A DNA stretch of 64,000 nt from Eledone cirrhosa (Eukaryota), in the NCBI GenBank assembly GCA_964016885.1, contig OZ024741.1:299770001-299834000 (forward strand), read 5' to 3'. Made by a program: the position numbers and the translations under genes. Shown here piece by piece: positions 39,414 to 53,518 of the stretch. Numbering within the stretch: the first letter of the stretch is position 1; each line of letters opens with the position of its first letter. The notes beneath the pieces are model-generated. The model was not told the DNA's origin. It worked only from the letters and a program-made list of their open reading frames with translations, and ran no database searches.

Positions 39414-42400
39414 TTTCTCTTTCTCTTAATTTCGAGTATATTTTTTTGACCGGCCACCTTCCTGGTGGCAAGGTTGTAAAAGAAAAGAAATTGTCATCCC
39501 TTGAATCGCAAGAATGTTTTGCACATTTTGAAGGTGCCAGCTATCGCAGCCATTTGTAGACTATGAATTAGGGAGCTGCGCTTTTTGTCCGCAAATCCAA
39601 GTTCAGTCATACTTTGGTCCAAGCGGGTTGGTATATAACCCGTAGCTCCAATAATGATAGGTATGAAGCTAAAGGTGTATCTTGGATACTGGATTTGTAA
39701 ACTCCTCATCAATGGTCCATAGATGTCCTCCTTCTCCCGTATTTTTCTGACAACGTTTACTAGAAGTGGGCAGCTGATCTCCACAACAGAACACGTTTTC
39801 AATGTGTGGTCCCAAACAACAATATCAGGCCGGTTGTGCTTTAATTTGGTGGCAGTTTTTATTTTCAGGTTCCACCAGTATTACTTAGTGCCATCTGTCT
39901 CAATATATTCTTCCTCCTTTGTTGTTAATTTTGTTTTCCGAAGTGCGTTCCAGATGGTTCTAGCTATCCCATCGTGTCTCATGGGAGGTAGTAGCGAGAT
40001 GACATTCTTTCGCAGCTGGCAACAATGTGGCTTACATCTTGGATCTTTGTTTTACATAGCCTACATTTATTGTCAGCTGCTGGCCCTCCCATTTTGTGCA
40101 GCAGATATTTGGTAGGGAGTTCTTTTTCCTGTATTGCATAGAGATATCCCTCAAGGTGCGATGTCATAAACTTGTCGGAACTCCATGCCAGGATTTTTGA
40201 GTGGTTTATCCCCTCTATGGTTTGTGTTTTACGCCTCAAGTATCCATGCACAACCTTTTCTGTAAATTGGTCAATTTTTTTTTATCTTGTTTGAACATTG
40301 AATAGGATCTTCCGATTTCTCTGGGTGAGAGATTTATATCGCGCTTTATTCCATATCTCTCCTCCAGATCAGTCGCTATTCTAATGATAATTTTTTTTCA
40401 TGCTCATAAACCTGGGCAAGAAGGTTGCCAACCATTTTCCTCTGTTGAAGGTGTTGCTTCAGTGTCACTATCCGGGTCTCATATGTTGTTAATATTGATT
40501 TTAGACCCCGGCCACCATCCTTGCGTAAGAAGTATAGCCTATCCACCTCACCATGATGTTAAAGTTCCCAGTAACACTGAGAAGTTTTCGAGTTCTAACA
40601 TCCATCTCACTTAGCTCTTGCAATGACCAGTTCAGCAGGCCAAATGTTGGCGTTAGAATTGGCACAGCATAAGTATTGTGGGCAATGTATTTGTTGTATG
40701 CTGACAGTTCTGATGACCATATTTTCTTTACTCTTCTGAGGTATTCAGTTCTGGTTCTCTCCTTATTTATGGGTCCATCATATCTGACATTCTCATCCTG
40801 TCCAAGATATCAGTAGTTGTCACCTGACTGCAGAGGTTGTATTGTCAGGCCGTTCATCTCTAGATTTCTAGAGGAGGGCACAGCTCTTCCACGTTTTACT
40901 GCCAAATATGCACACTTGGACTCACCAAATTTCATTTTGATGTCGATTGAAAATTGTGTAATGAGGTCCAATTGTTTCTTGATGTCATTGATATTTGGCC
41001 CATACAACTTCAGGTCATCAACAAAGAAAATATGGGAGATACTTCTGGGCCCACTTCTTTGTCTACCTTGTTTCCTGAGTAGGTAAGATAGTGGATTCAG
41101 TGAGAGAACGAAGAGTAGCACTGACAAGCTATCACCCTGAAAGATGCCCTTCTGGTAATGTATCTTATCAGTCTTAACCTGCTCTTTCTCACCTCTAAGG
41201 ATCAAATTGGTGTACCAGTTCTTGGTCAGGCGTTCAACAGCAGCTACCAATGGTTGTGGGACTTTAGTTAACTGTAAAGCCTTAATAGTCCACCCATGAG
41301 GTACACTATCAAATGCTTTTTGATAGTCCAGCCACACCACAGTCATGTTTCTGCGATTCTTTGTTGTTTTTTTCCTGAATCATTTTGTTAGTTAGTAGGT
41401 GATCTATGCAACACCACACCTCCCTCTTTCCACCAGCTTGCTCAGGTGTTATGATGTTGTTGGTAGCACAGTGATCCTGTAAGAACAGGTTAAGGCACCC
41501 AGTATATAATTTATACATGGTGTTTTGGCAGGCAATTGGGCGGTAATTTTTAGCAAGGGTGGTTTGGCTATTTTGGGGAATGAGGAGAGTAGTGGCAGTT
41601 GATAACCAGCTGGGCAGTTCTTGTGTGCCCTTAATGGTTTCTGTAAACAGCCGTATGAGATCTTGCCGATAGAAAGTGAAATTCTTCAACCAGTATCCTG
41701 TAATGAGGTCTGGGCCTGGCGATTTCCTATTCGACATTTTCTGTAGAACTGTTTCCAGTATTGACCCATCTATGTCATATTATTTTGTCTGGACATGTTG
41801 GAAGTAGTCCTGTTCCAGTTCTTTTAGCCAATTAGCTTGTCTTTTGAATCCGTCATCCGTTTCCCATACAGATCTCCAGTAGCTGTCAACCTGTTCTTTT
41901 GAAGGGGTGTCATTTACAGGGATTGAGCTTTTGCCACCGAAGCTGCGATAAACTGATTTAGGATCTCTGGCAAACAATCTATTTAGCACTTGTCGTTTAT
42001 GTGCTGTTTGACTTATATTTTAGTATTTCTGTTGTAGCTGTGAGTTGTTGTTTCAACTGGTGTAATTTGGAGTTCAAAGTTTAAAATTTTGTATCTCCAA
42101 ATCGTCTCTCTAACTTTTTCTTAAGGTCTTCCTGGTGTCGTGTGAACTTGCTCTCTATGTTGCATTTCATAACGACTGCGATGTGTGTGATACTTCGTCT
42201 CAGGGACAAAATTTTGGTTTTTAAATTTCGCATCCACGCTGGTTCAGGCTTTCTGTTTGTATCTTGATTGCGTGGTTTTAGATGTGTGTTATATGATAGC
42301 AATGTGACAGCTGAAAGATATAAAAAAACATTAAGCGTTTCAAATGTCGTTTCTACACCTTTAGATCGTATAGCCTTCAGATAATTGCCAGCTATTTCGT

Positions 42401-43640
42401 TCACCGCTTCCAATTCCAATTTAGTGGGTTCTGTACTGATTCTAGTGTTGTATGGTCTGTCACTCACATTCAGGCTGTGTATCTCTTGAAACATATCGTT
42501 CCATATCACTTGTAGGTTGTCCACAAGTTTTTGGTGCTCTGTTTGTTCAGTAGAGTCATGAATTTCAGCCTCGTTGTTGATGTGGTGACAATTACTACTA
42601 GAGTTAGCTGACCTTTCTCGCTGTTCTTCAGTGGAAGTGGGATGGATTTCAGCAAAATTGTTGGTGAGCTGTTCACTGTTAGATTTAGCTGACCATTCTC
42701 TTTGTCTGTCAGTGGAGGTAGGGTGGTTGTCTACAAGGGCTGTATTTGTAGTATCACTCAATTCCGTTAGATGTATCAATTTACATCTAATGATACGTTT
42801 TGCCTGTTCATTTAAATGCTTTGGAGAAAAGTCTAATTCTGTGTGTTTGGAGTTCCATAAAGTTTTTAGTCTTTGCATAAAACCGAACTTTTGGGGTTCA
42901 GATTGTTTGTATGCTTCATATAATACTTTGTTAAGCTCGTAGCTCCACTGTGTAGAACGGTTGTAGTTGCGATTTGGTCGAAGGAGACTTGTACTTTTTG
43001 CCATGATGAGTTCGTCTATTCACTAATATTTCGTATTTATTTTTCAAAATAGTTGATGATCTTCTTTAAAAGTTTCGACAAAGTTCTGTCAGAATCAAAT
43101 TTAAAGTTATTCGCAGCTTGGGTAATATTTCTTTTCAGTTGGTTTTTAATTCTACAACTGTGTTTTAAACGTTGTTCTTGAATCGTTTGAATCGAGAATA
43201 AAAAGAACCGTTACTTAGTATATTCCTTTATGAATGTAATATAATATAACAACGCTGTATTTATATGTTAAGGTTTATGTATCATTCATATAAATAACTG
43301 TTCTACAACTTATTCACAACATATTCACAGTTCAAACACTTATGTTTTTATTTCTGAATCGAAAACGTTACTTGTATATTTCTTTATAAATGTAATATAA
43401 CAACGTTGCATTTATATGTTAAAGTGCATGTATCGTTCATATATCATAAGTGTATGTATCTTTCATATAAATAGGTGTTTTACAACACACTTACCGTTCA
43501 AACACTTATGTAGAATTATTGTATCTAATCTTACCGCGTAATGTAGCTCAACTTTTTCCAATATATGGTATGTTGCCTTCATGTAAGCCGTAATTACACA
43601 CGTCCGATTATCGGACACTGACCACAACGGTCGCTATTTA
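39414..43640 (-). mobile_element. Full-length but frameshifted R4/Dong-like RT-RLE retrotransposon
   Basis: ATG 43004 to stop 39494 in fragments: KSPGPDLI, NYRPIAC, WLDYQKAFDSVPH, GIFQGDSLS, FVDDLKLY, CRLC..HIVASC, VVEISCP..KEDIY; (ATGT)n at both ends. Confidence 0.92.
39494..43004 (-). pseudogene. RT + restriction-like endonuclease ORF, multiple frameshifts
   Basis: Collinear ORF fragments 42081..43004, 41780..41989, 41309..41737, 40810..41346, 39979..40251, 39494..39802. Confidence 0.9.
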
Positions 43641-43701
43641 TGTATGTATGTGTGTATGTATGTATGCATGAATGTATGTATTTATGTACGAACATGTATG
43701 T

Positions 43702-44100
43702 TCTTCTGGTTTTATAATGTTATAATGTTTTACCAATAGAGACACGAATATTTCAGTGGAATTTAGACAGCATCAATTATGTAGATATGTATGTACAGCT
43801 GCATGCATGCGGGTGTAGGAATGGATGTTAATGAATATGTAGATAAATACATATGATTTAAGTTATATGTATGCAGGTGTATATGGTTTGTATATGTACA
43901 TGTGTACTTACAAAATTTGTCAGATTGGCTTGTAGCCGTTCTCCGCTTTACATTCATATATGAACACTTATCCTGGTAAAACTCCATTCTTATATCCTTT
44001 GAGAACGTGGGTACGGGGTCAAGATTTTTCTTCATCCCCTTTATGTTCTTGGCATAGAGTTTGAATTCATCCACAATAAAATTAGGGGTTACATTCGTAT
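43702..44100 (-). mobile_element. Internally deleted RLE retrotransposon copy related to 37278-38734
   Basis: 3' UTR TCTTCTGGTTTTATAAT...TTTTACCAATAGAGA...GGAATTTA.ACA.CATCAA matches 37278 onward; joined directly to RT remnant VDEFKLYAKN..FSKDIRMEF..DKCSY. Confidence 0.75.
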
Positions 44101-44136
44101 TTCTCCACTCTACAGAAAGGTTTTCTGTAGCACTTA

Positions 44137-44910
44137 TCTATATATATAAAACTGTGGTTGTCTGTCTGTCTATCGATTTTTGACACACATCTCCTCTTAG
44201 AATCTCTCACGGAATTGCACCGAAATTGCTATACTTGTACATTGAGCCCGAGCGAAGACATCGAAAAAAAAAAATTTCAAATTGACCCACCCTATGTGAC
44301 GAAATCGAATATAATGTATCGATTTTTGAGCGTAAGTTATCAGTTATTTCCCTTTGTTCTGTTTACATTGAGCGTCTTACGTAAAAAATTACGCTGGCTT
44401 TCTCAGCGTTTAAAATGACATTAACACAATACACGAACATTCGAACACTAAGCTTCCGTTTTGCTTCATTTCCATTTAAAAGCATTTTAAAACAATATTT
44501 TTACTTGAAAACAAGTCTATTTAAAGACTACGTAAAACAAGCAAATATTTCAGGCGTGCAGACAGACAGTCGTGCAGAGAGGTGATATAGCCGTGCAGAC
44601 AGACATAACTGATAATTTGGTTACGCTAATGTTTTTCTCTGCGTTGCAGTGTTTACATTTTCGATCTTTGTTAATAAATAACCAGTGCAGTTTTTATCCC
44701 CAGCATCCTCTTTTGTTATAACATTCGGGTTATCGTTATGTTTTCTTAACTTCATAAGGCATATTGTTGGTTGAGGGAATATTAATCAAAAACACCACAT
44801 GCAAGTCTGCACAGTAGACACTACAATTTTTAAGCCAAAAAAGAAACTTAACATTGTAACTTTAACACAGCTACTGAGCGACCCCGAGTAACGCCGGGCT
44901 TTACTGCTAG
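44137..44910 (+). mobile_element. Non-autonomous Helitron (774 bp)
   Basis: A|TCTATATATATAAAACTGTGGTTGTCTGTCTG start; subterminal CCCGAGTAACGCCGGG hairpin; CTAG|T end; no TSD. Confidence 0.85.
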
Positions 44911-45495
44911 TATATAATATAATTACTGTTAAGTGTGTTAAAAATTTGATTCAAGTAGATTTTACTGTATTAAGTATACGCTATTTATATGTTACAATGC
45001 ACATCTTCCTCCCTTTGTTTATACGATTTAATTTATTTTCCTCTATCTATCATTTCATCATTTCTCCCTTAACTTGTTCCTACGATCAAATCTCCTTCCT
45101 TTTCTCTCTTTCCTCATGATTTGCTATCTCGATCTCTTACTTCCACTATCTACAACAATGGGGTATGAATATATTATTATTATTTAAATGTTTAACAGTT
45201 TATGTATTATATATTAATAGTTATTCATATATCTTTATACACATTCTCATACGCACCTTCTGAATTATATGTAATTTTTCATGTTTCAACTTAAGGTATA
45301 TAAATATCCAGTTTTGTCATCACTAATCGCTGCCATGACTAAATTATAACCATCAACATAGTCAAGGTATGTCAGGCATCAACTGATTTTATCTGATGTG
45401 GACGTACTGTTGAATTAGTTCAGTACCTCCGAAATATGTATAATAAAATATATGTTGATCACAAGAATGTCTATATTTATTAATATTTTGAAGTA

Positions 45496-45514
45496 ATATA
45501 TATATATATATGAC

Positions 45515-45597
<83 letters not shown>

Positions 45598-45610
45598 CAT
45601 ATATATATAT

Positions 45611-45685
<75 letters not shown>

Positions 45686-45689
45686 ATAA

Positions 45690-45746
<57 letters not shown>

Positions 45747-45750
45747 GATA
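45496..45750. repeat. (TA)n/(CA)n microsatellite
   Basis: Directly visible. Confidence 0.95.
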
Positions 45751-46312
45751 TATAAAACATATATATGTGCGTATGCGTGGGTGACGTTATATAAAATGAA
45801 ATTTGTTTAATTTTTTCACTAATGGAAAGTGAATCATTTAGCTTACAACTTATAACATAACTTCTGAATAACAAATTTCTTTGATGAAGATATTTATTTT
45901 GTTTTTGACACACCATTTAACGAGGAAATTGACAATTAATGGTTATTGCATCATTTAAAAAATATATAAGGTTGAATCATACCGTTGAATCATTTCAATA
46001 CTGTGAGAAAGTTTTTTCGAGCAGATTCCAGGCGTCAATCCAAATCTCCGTTCAATAATTGTTTCTACATAAGTTAAATAAATACTAACTATTTCTCATT
46101 TGATATTATCGGTATTTATTCCTTGATATATTATTTAACGTCTACAATTCTCGTCTCGAACTATTCTATTGAGACATAATCGGTATATAGTTTTTTTATG
46201 TATGGATTAAATTTAAATTTAAATTGGATACATATATATACACATATATATGCATATACATATATATATGTATATATACTTATATATCTACTATATATGT
46301 GTGTGTATGTAT

Positions 46313-46361
<49 letters not shown>

Positions 46362-47064
46362 GGGTGTGTGTGTGTATGTATATATACATGTGTGTGTCTG
46401 TGAGCTTGTGCGTGTAAGTGCGCGTGTATATAAAGTTATATAAAATGAAATGTGTTTATTCACTCTCTGTGGGAAAGTAAACATTTTAGGTTGTAACATC
46501 AAAATAATTGTTTTTTTCCCTGTAATAATTAATTTGTTGAATTTACTTCTTATAAATGTGATGCGTTATTTAATGATGAAATTGGCAATTAATGATTATG
46601 GCATTAGTTTTGTAGTAAATAAAACCATTGCAGCAATGCATTATCTCCATTGCTCTGGGAAACATTTGAATCTTTAACTCTAATTTCTGTTCAAAGTGTA
46701 CGTAGTTAGACATCAACATTGTATTATTCATATATATTGTTCATACGAAGTCAGAATATTTCTCGCACTGGTATGTTAAAATATGTTACATTATTTGGAT
46801 TTAACTGAATTCTGTTCAGCGATTCTTCTGAGTATGACATTATTTCATTCCTTGTTAGTGTAATGAAATACCCGTAAGTCTAATAATAACACTTGTCATT
46901 ATATTCACTTTAAATATATATATATTCATATATGTATACAAATTGTGGGTAATATTAAATATTATCCGATTACAAGTATAAGAGTAGCTAAATGTAAAAT
47001 AACAAATATAATGCAGAGCTGAAACACTTTATAAATAACAATCAAAGAGTGGTTAAGAACATTT

Positions 47065-47155
47065 AATTACTAACGATCGTTTCATACAAGCATAAGGCCC
47101 GATAAATCGGAGTATAAATCAAAAGTTAAAACAGATGAACTTCTCAAAGAAAATT
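47065..47155 (-). ncRNA. Heavily decayed hammerhead-like motif
   Basis: Minus strand: AATTTTCT TTGAGAA ... TGTAT GAAA CGATCG TT AGTAATT; palindromic stem III intact, CUGANGA box has two changes. Confidence 0.35.
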
Positions 47156-47683
47156 CTGGAGATACCACATATGGGAAGAAAGCAAAAATAATAGGTATTA
47201 ACATTGATATAAGAGGGGAAAGCAAGAATCATATGAAAAGCATAATCATATAAATAAAATTACGAATTAGCCCAGGTAGAAGCAGGAAAACCTTTAAAAC
47301 AAGGTAGTATAAAAAGAAATGTTGCTATAAGGTGTTTAGGCATAATGCAAAGTATATAATATAATAATAAATATACATAAAACATAAGCATTACACAGGT
47401 CTATAAAAACTAGTGCATGGATCAACATTTAGAGGATGGAGCAACTATAAATTTAAGATACAACGATACATATTCAATGTATATTTTTACTATATCTGTA
47501 ATTAAAATTTCAACTCCATCTGTCAGTCTGAAGTATGTAGATAATAGCCAGAAATAGCCGTCGAAACGGGTTAAGATCTGCCGTGGAGGTCTTGAACTTT
47601 CTCCGATTACCCACTCTACTACCCTAAGTATTGAGAACTCTGGTGCATTATGGTCCACCTGGTTCCTTCCCACACTTCCTTCG

Positions 47684-47709
<26 letters not shown>

Positions 47710-47721
<12 letters not shown>

Positions 47722-50700
47722 CGGTAGATGTCTGCCTGTGTGTGTGTATGATGTTTATGCATTTCCACATTTCTCTACCGACAGGACAGGTCAACGCGTA
47801 ATTACTTTTGCCAAAAATGTCCTGCTTCTATGAGGAAAAATCGATAGAGCTAAATACATGCTGTAACCATCTCTCTTACACGCTTCATTCCTCTCACTAT
47901 CCACAATCTCCTCTGCAAATCTCTTTAAAAGGTTACTGCCTCCATCTCCACTACAGTTTAGAACAACGACAAATCTTCTCTCTCTATAATAGATCATTCA
48001 CCCTCTTCGTTCGTCATACATCAAATATCAAAGTTTAAAAAGCCGATAACACTAAATACATATTGCTCTCTCAACGTTACATTTTACATCAAATAACAAA
48101 TATTCAAAAGCAACAGATGAATTTATAAAACAACAAACGTAACAATAACGACGCTTAAGCGTTCATTTACTTGAATCTCAATAAAGACATTATATTTTAT
48201 TGTTGTACTTTTTGTAATTTTTTTCTTTGTTTTTCTCAATATGAGACAAAAAATTAATGAGAAAACTGTTTTAACGTACGTCCGATTTCAATGGTATATT
48301 TTCCAGTGTACTCCAAAATAACGCCCCTGTTTACTCTCTTTTGTGCTATAATTCAGACAGGCTTGGCTTACAGGTTTGACCTATTATTTGACGTGCATTC
48401 TTCATAGGTCTTACTTAGTACTCACTTTCCACTTACTCACCGTTCAATTGAAAGTTTTGGCTACTCCCCCTTTCATGCTCCCTTACCTGCATACATATTT
48501 ACGTGTTCGGTCCTGCTACAATATAGTACTCACTTTAAACTAATTCAAAGTTCATTTGAAAATGTTCGCTACCAAACACATTCTTTGAATCTACGGTCAT
48601 GCCACCCCAAAAAAGACCACGACTTAGTGGCCAAACTAAAGCTGCTTCTGCTGCCAACGAAGAAGAGCTACAGAGTTGTCCGTAGAAAAGTTGACTCGGT
48701 TGTCACAAAATGCAACTCGAAATGCAATTACCCGGGCAACCGAGACAGAAAAAAAAGAGGAGCATCCGCCTTTCCGGAAATGCATGTGTAATTGCAGTTG
48801 CACGTGCAGCGCAAACTGATGAACAGCATTCTCGACGACGAAGCAAAATGCGGCCTCCACCGCTGAGGCACGTTACGGTGAGGACGAAGAACACCGTACA
48901 GTCGACGACGAAGAGATGCCGCCTCAACTGCTGCGTCACATCTTGCTGACGTAGAAGGGCAGCGTTCCAGACGTCAACTTACGGACGCCGCTTCAACAGC
49001 TTCCGTTCGCGCATCAGAGACTGCGCAAATTCTGTTACAAAGGCTAACTGCCAACGCACTCCGCAGGAGTGCTAAACGAGGTACACAAAGGATCAGTTGC
49101 ACTCAGTGGTCTCATAAGGCTTTCCACTATGACCCAACAGTAAACTATGCAGTGATGCCAGAAGTTCAGATTGGATCCTTGTCTGTCATTTGCCATTATT
49201 GTCAGGCAAGAAAATGGCCTGGGGAAACTTCAAAGATGTGCTGCCCTGACGGCAAAGTGAAACTGCCTCCTCTACAGGAACCACCACAACCTTTGAAGTC
49301 TCTACTGACCGGTGCCCCAGCGAAGGCGGAACACTTCCTTCAATGTTCCAGGAGATACAACGCTGCCTTCCAAATGACCTCTTTCGGAGCTAACATCATA
49401 CGCGAGGACGGCTTCATGCCTACCTTTAAAGTTCAAGGAAAAATTTACCACAGAATCGGTTCGCTACTGCCCACGACAGACGGACAGCCCCAGTTCCTAC
49501 AGCTATACTTTGTCGCTGACTATTTGGACCAAGCGGAACGACGTGCTTCAATTTCGCCTGGCACAGACATGAAACTTCTGTTGCAACTCCAGAGAATGCT
49601 GCGCGAAATCAACAACTACATTCGCAGTTTTAAATGCGCATTGGAGGCTGCTTCGTCGCTTAATTTTGATGTTATAATCGACGCTGATAGGAAACCACCA
49701 GACACCCACGCCAGACGTTTTAACACTTCCACGTGCAATGAAATAGCTGTGCTTCTTCATCATGATTCAGTGTAGGGACAATAGTCTGCAACGGATCAGC
49801 AAGAGGCATAGGTCCTACGACGCATTCCAATATGCCCTACTTTTCCCATTTGGTGTCGACGGATACAACTTTGGAATTTCTTTGTGCAACAGCAACAAAA
49901 CTGTTTCTTCTATGCAATTCTACACCTACCGATTCATGGTCCGCGAATTCTGCTTTAACCAACTCCACCGTGCAAGAGTACTCTTCAACCAGCTTGCTGT
50001 AGACGCGTGCGCAAAGATGGAATCTGAAAGGTTGTGCTACATAAGGAACAATCAAGCATGCCTTCGTTCGGACAGCTACATTCACTTACGGGATGGAGTA
50101 ATGAATGGCGTCGATCCCGAGAACCTAGGAAAACATTGTATCCTTCCGTCGACCTTCATTGGGAGTTCCCGATACATGAGTGAACGGACACAGGATGCTA
50201 TGACGTACGTCCGTCTCTACGGCAGACCGGATCTCTTCATCACTTCAACATGCAACCCTAAGTGGAATGAAACTACCGCGGAATTATTCCCCGGACAAAG
50301 GGCGTCAGACAAACACGATCTTACGGCACGAGTCTTTCACTTGAAGTTGACAAAACTTATTGAACTCCTAAAATCAGGTAAGGCCTTTGGACCTGTTAGG
50401 TGCTACGTATACACCGTTGAGTGTCAAAAGAGAGGCCTGCCACGCTCACCTACTCATGTGACTGATAAAGAAAATAAATGCAAGCAGCATAACAGTATCA
50501 TTTCAGCAGAAATACCCAACCCAAATTGGACTGAGAACTCCACAACATCGTCACTGCTCACATGGTTCATGGGCCATGCGGAAACGGTTTCAACATGAAT
50601 TCACCATTCATTAAAGAAAGAAGGTGCACCGAGAGGTATCCTAAGCTATTCCTCCGAGAAACTCGGACAGGTAGTGACGGTTATCGATTATACCGCCGCA

Positions 50701-52092
50701 GGGAGCCAGCGGACGGAGGAATTGTTGCGAAAACACCACATCACAACGTCGACAACCGGTGGATTGTATCCTACTGCCCACTTCTGCTTAAATTGTTTAA
50801 CGCCCACATTAACGTTGAATTCTGCCACTCCGTCAAATCGATAAAGTACGTCTGCAAGTATATCAATAAGGGGTCCGGTGCTGCGTCCTTTGGTCTTACA
50901 ATGGAGAAAAACCGAGACATAGTAACTCAATAACATGTCGGCTGATACATCAGCAGCAATGAAGCGTTCTGGTGATTCTTCCACTTTGCAAGACACCATA
51001 ACTACCCCCCCCCCCCAATCAAACAGTTGGCGGTGCATCTTGAAAGCGGTCAAAGACTCTACTTCACCGCCTCCACCGCTGCTGAGATAGCAGAGGAACC
51101 CAAGGACACCTCACTTACGGCATTTTTTAAGTTATACCGAAGCAATCCCTTCGGCAAGACCATCTTCTACTCTCAGGTGCCATCATACAACACATGGAAC
51201 ACAGACAACATAATTTGGTTAAGAAGGGTGAAAGGACATCCCGTTGAGGGACATCGAGACATTAAAATGTCCCCTACTCTTGGGAGAGTGTAGACCATTC
51301 ATCCTAACCAACATGAATGCTTTTATCTCCGCCTTCTACTGCATGACGTGGTAGGACCGACATCTTTCGACGATCGTAAAACAATCAACGGAGAGCTTTG
51401 TACTTTATTCCACGCAGCCTGCCTTAGACGGGGTATACTGGAAGATGGCGCTCAGTGGGATTCGACATTGGCGGAGGCAGCTACAATACGTTCAGCGCGA
51501 ACTCTTCGGCAACTCTTTGCGGTGCTACTGCTGACATGCGAGTTAAGCGACCCTGCATCCTTATAGGACAAGTACAAAGAGGACCTTTCCGATGACTATA
51601 CACACCAAGGACAAATGCTACTCCCCCATTCCGACGTACGAGTCAGCGACGAATTCTTCAACAAAGCTCTCATTGATATCGAGGACAAAATCCCAACTGC
51701 CGGCAGAAATGACATTCCATTCTATGGACTGCCAAAAGTTCAGCGAACTGGCTCCGACAAACCTCCGACGGGCATAATTCAGGAAAATGCCTACGATGTC
51801 CACACACTCGAACTGTTCATCAACGAAAACGAGCCGAAATTGTTGCAGGACCAACGACAGCGTATGACACAGTTTGCACTTCCATTCGTCAACGCAGAGG
51901 AGGTATCTTCTTTTTGAACACCAAAGGAACTGGTAAAACATTCGTCAATAAACTCCTCCTCGACAAAGTGCGACAGCAGAAAGGAATCGCCCTGGCTGTG
52001 GCTTCTTCTGGCATTGCCACAACTCTGCTGCCCGGAGGTAGGACAGCTCATTCCGCATTTAAACTTCTATTCAACACGACTTCAGACGACAC
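47710..52092 (+). mobile_element. Autonomous-type Helitron, decayed and 3'-truncated
   Basis: TATATAT..GATGTCTGCCTGTG head similar to the element at 44137; RepHel coding remnants; no CTRR terminus seen. Confidence 0.85.
48599..52092 (+). pseudogene. Helitron Rep/PIF1-family helicase (RepHel), many stops and frameshifts
   Basis: MPPQKRPR start; CHYCQARKWPGE..CC..GK; YNAAFQMTSFG; YGRPDLFITSTCNPKW; VECQKRGLP; HINVEFC.SVKSIKYVCKYINKG; GTGKTF; ASSGIATTLLPGGRTAHSAFK. Confidence 0.93.
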
Positions 52093-52550
<458 letters not shown>

Positions 52551-52594
52551 ATATAATATATAAGAACAAAAGATAGTTAAAAGAGTTCCATGTA

Positions 52595-52660
52595 TTTTAT
52601 TATGCGCATTTCAAAAAAAGTATCATCATGCAATAATATTTGTGTTTTCATCAGATAAAA
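52595..52660 (-). ncRNA. Type I hammerhead ribozyme
   Basis: Minus strand: TTTTAT CTGATGA AAACACAAATATTATTGCATGATGATACTTTTTTT GAAA TGCGCA TA ATAAAA. Confidence 0.78.
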
Positions 52661-53518
52661 CATGAAGACATGATATGAAGGTTAAAAAACACTTGTGGAT
52701 AGTTCAGTTTTAAATCCACATATGAGAAGTTGTTTTAGATTGATGTGTGATATTGGGAAAAATATTTTATTTAGAGGGTGGGCGGTTGGAAAGGATGAAA
52801 AAGAGGAGGAGATGAGAGTAAAAAGTGGAGAGGGAGGAGTATAATGAGGAAGGATGAGATAGGAGGAGAGATGGGTGATAGAGAGAGAGAGATAGCTTTT
52901 ATAACTGAGAAAGATATATTGTTTTACATAGAGAGGTTGAAAACCGTTGGAAGTTAATGAATAAATTAAAAGAATTTGAAAATTAACGAAGAGAAAAATA
53001 ATGTAAAGTTAAGGTTTGTATATTGAGGGGTTTGATAATATGTGCGATGAAAAAAGAAAATGTTAATATGTATTGAGAATAATGTTTAAGGGTTTAATAA
53101 TATGTGCGATGTTAAGAAGATGTTGATATGTATTATTAAAAGGAACAGCAGGTTATTTAAGTAAGGAAATATTGTAAGATGAATGAGTTAGATGAAAGGG
53201 AGAAAAGATAATGAATTGAGGATGAATAATCTAACGTCAAAAAAATGTATATGTTTACGAATGATTTTTACAAGGTGATATAGAGTAAGAATGTATTGTA
53301 TTATGTAATAATTGATTCTATGTTAGGCAAGAGTGAGACAAGGTACATATTAGGGTTAGACATTAAAAGAAGAAGAGAAGAATGAGTAACGAGTATTATA
53401 GAATGTATAATAACCTTTGAAATAAGGTAGAAAGATGGGTATATTTTTAAAAGAAGTGTATATATATACATATATGTGCCTTTGAGAAAAAGATTCTAAA
53501 TTGATAAAGAATTGAATA

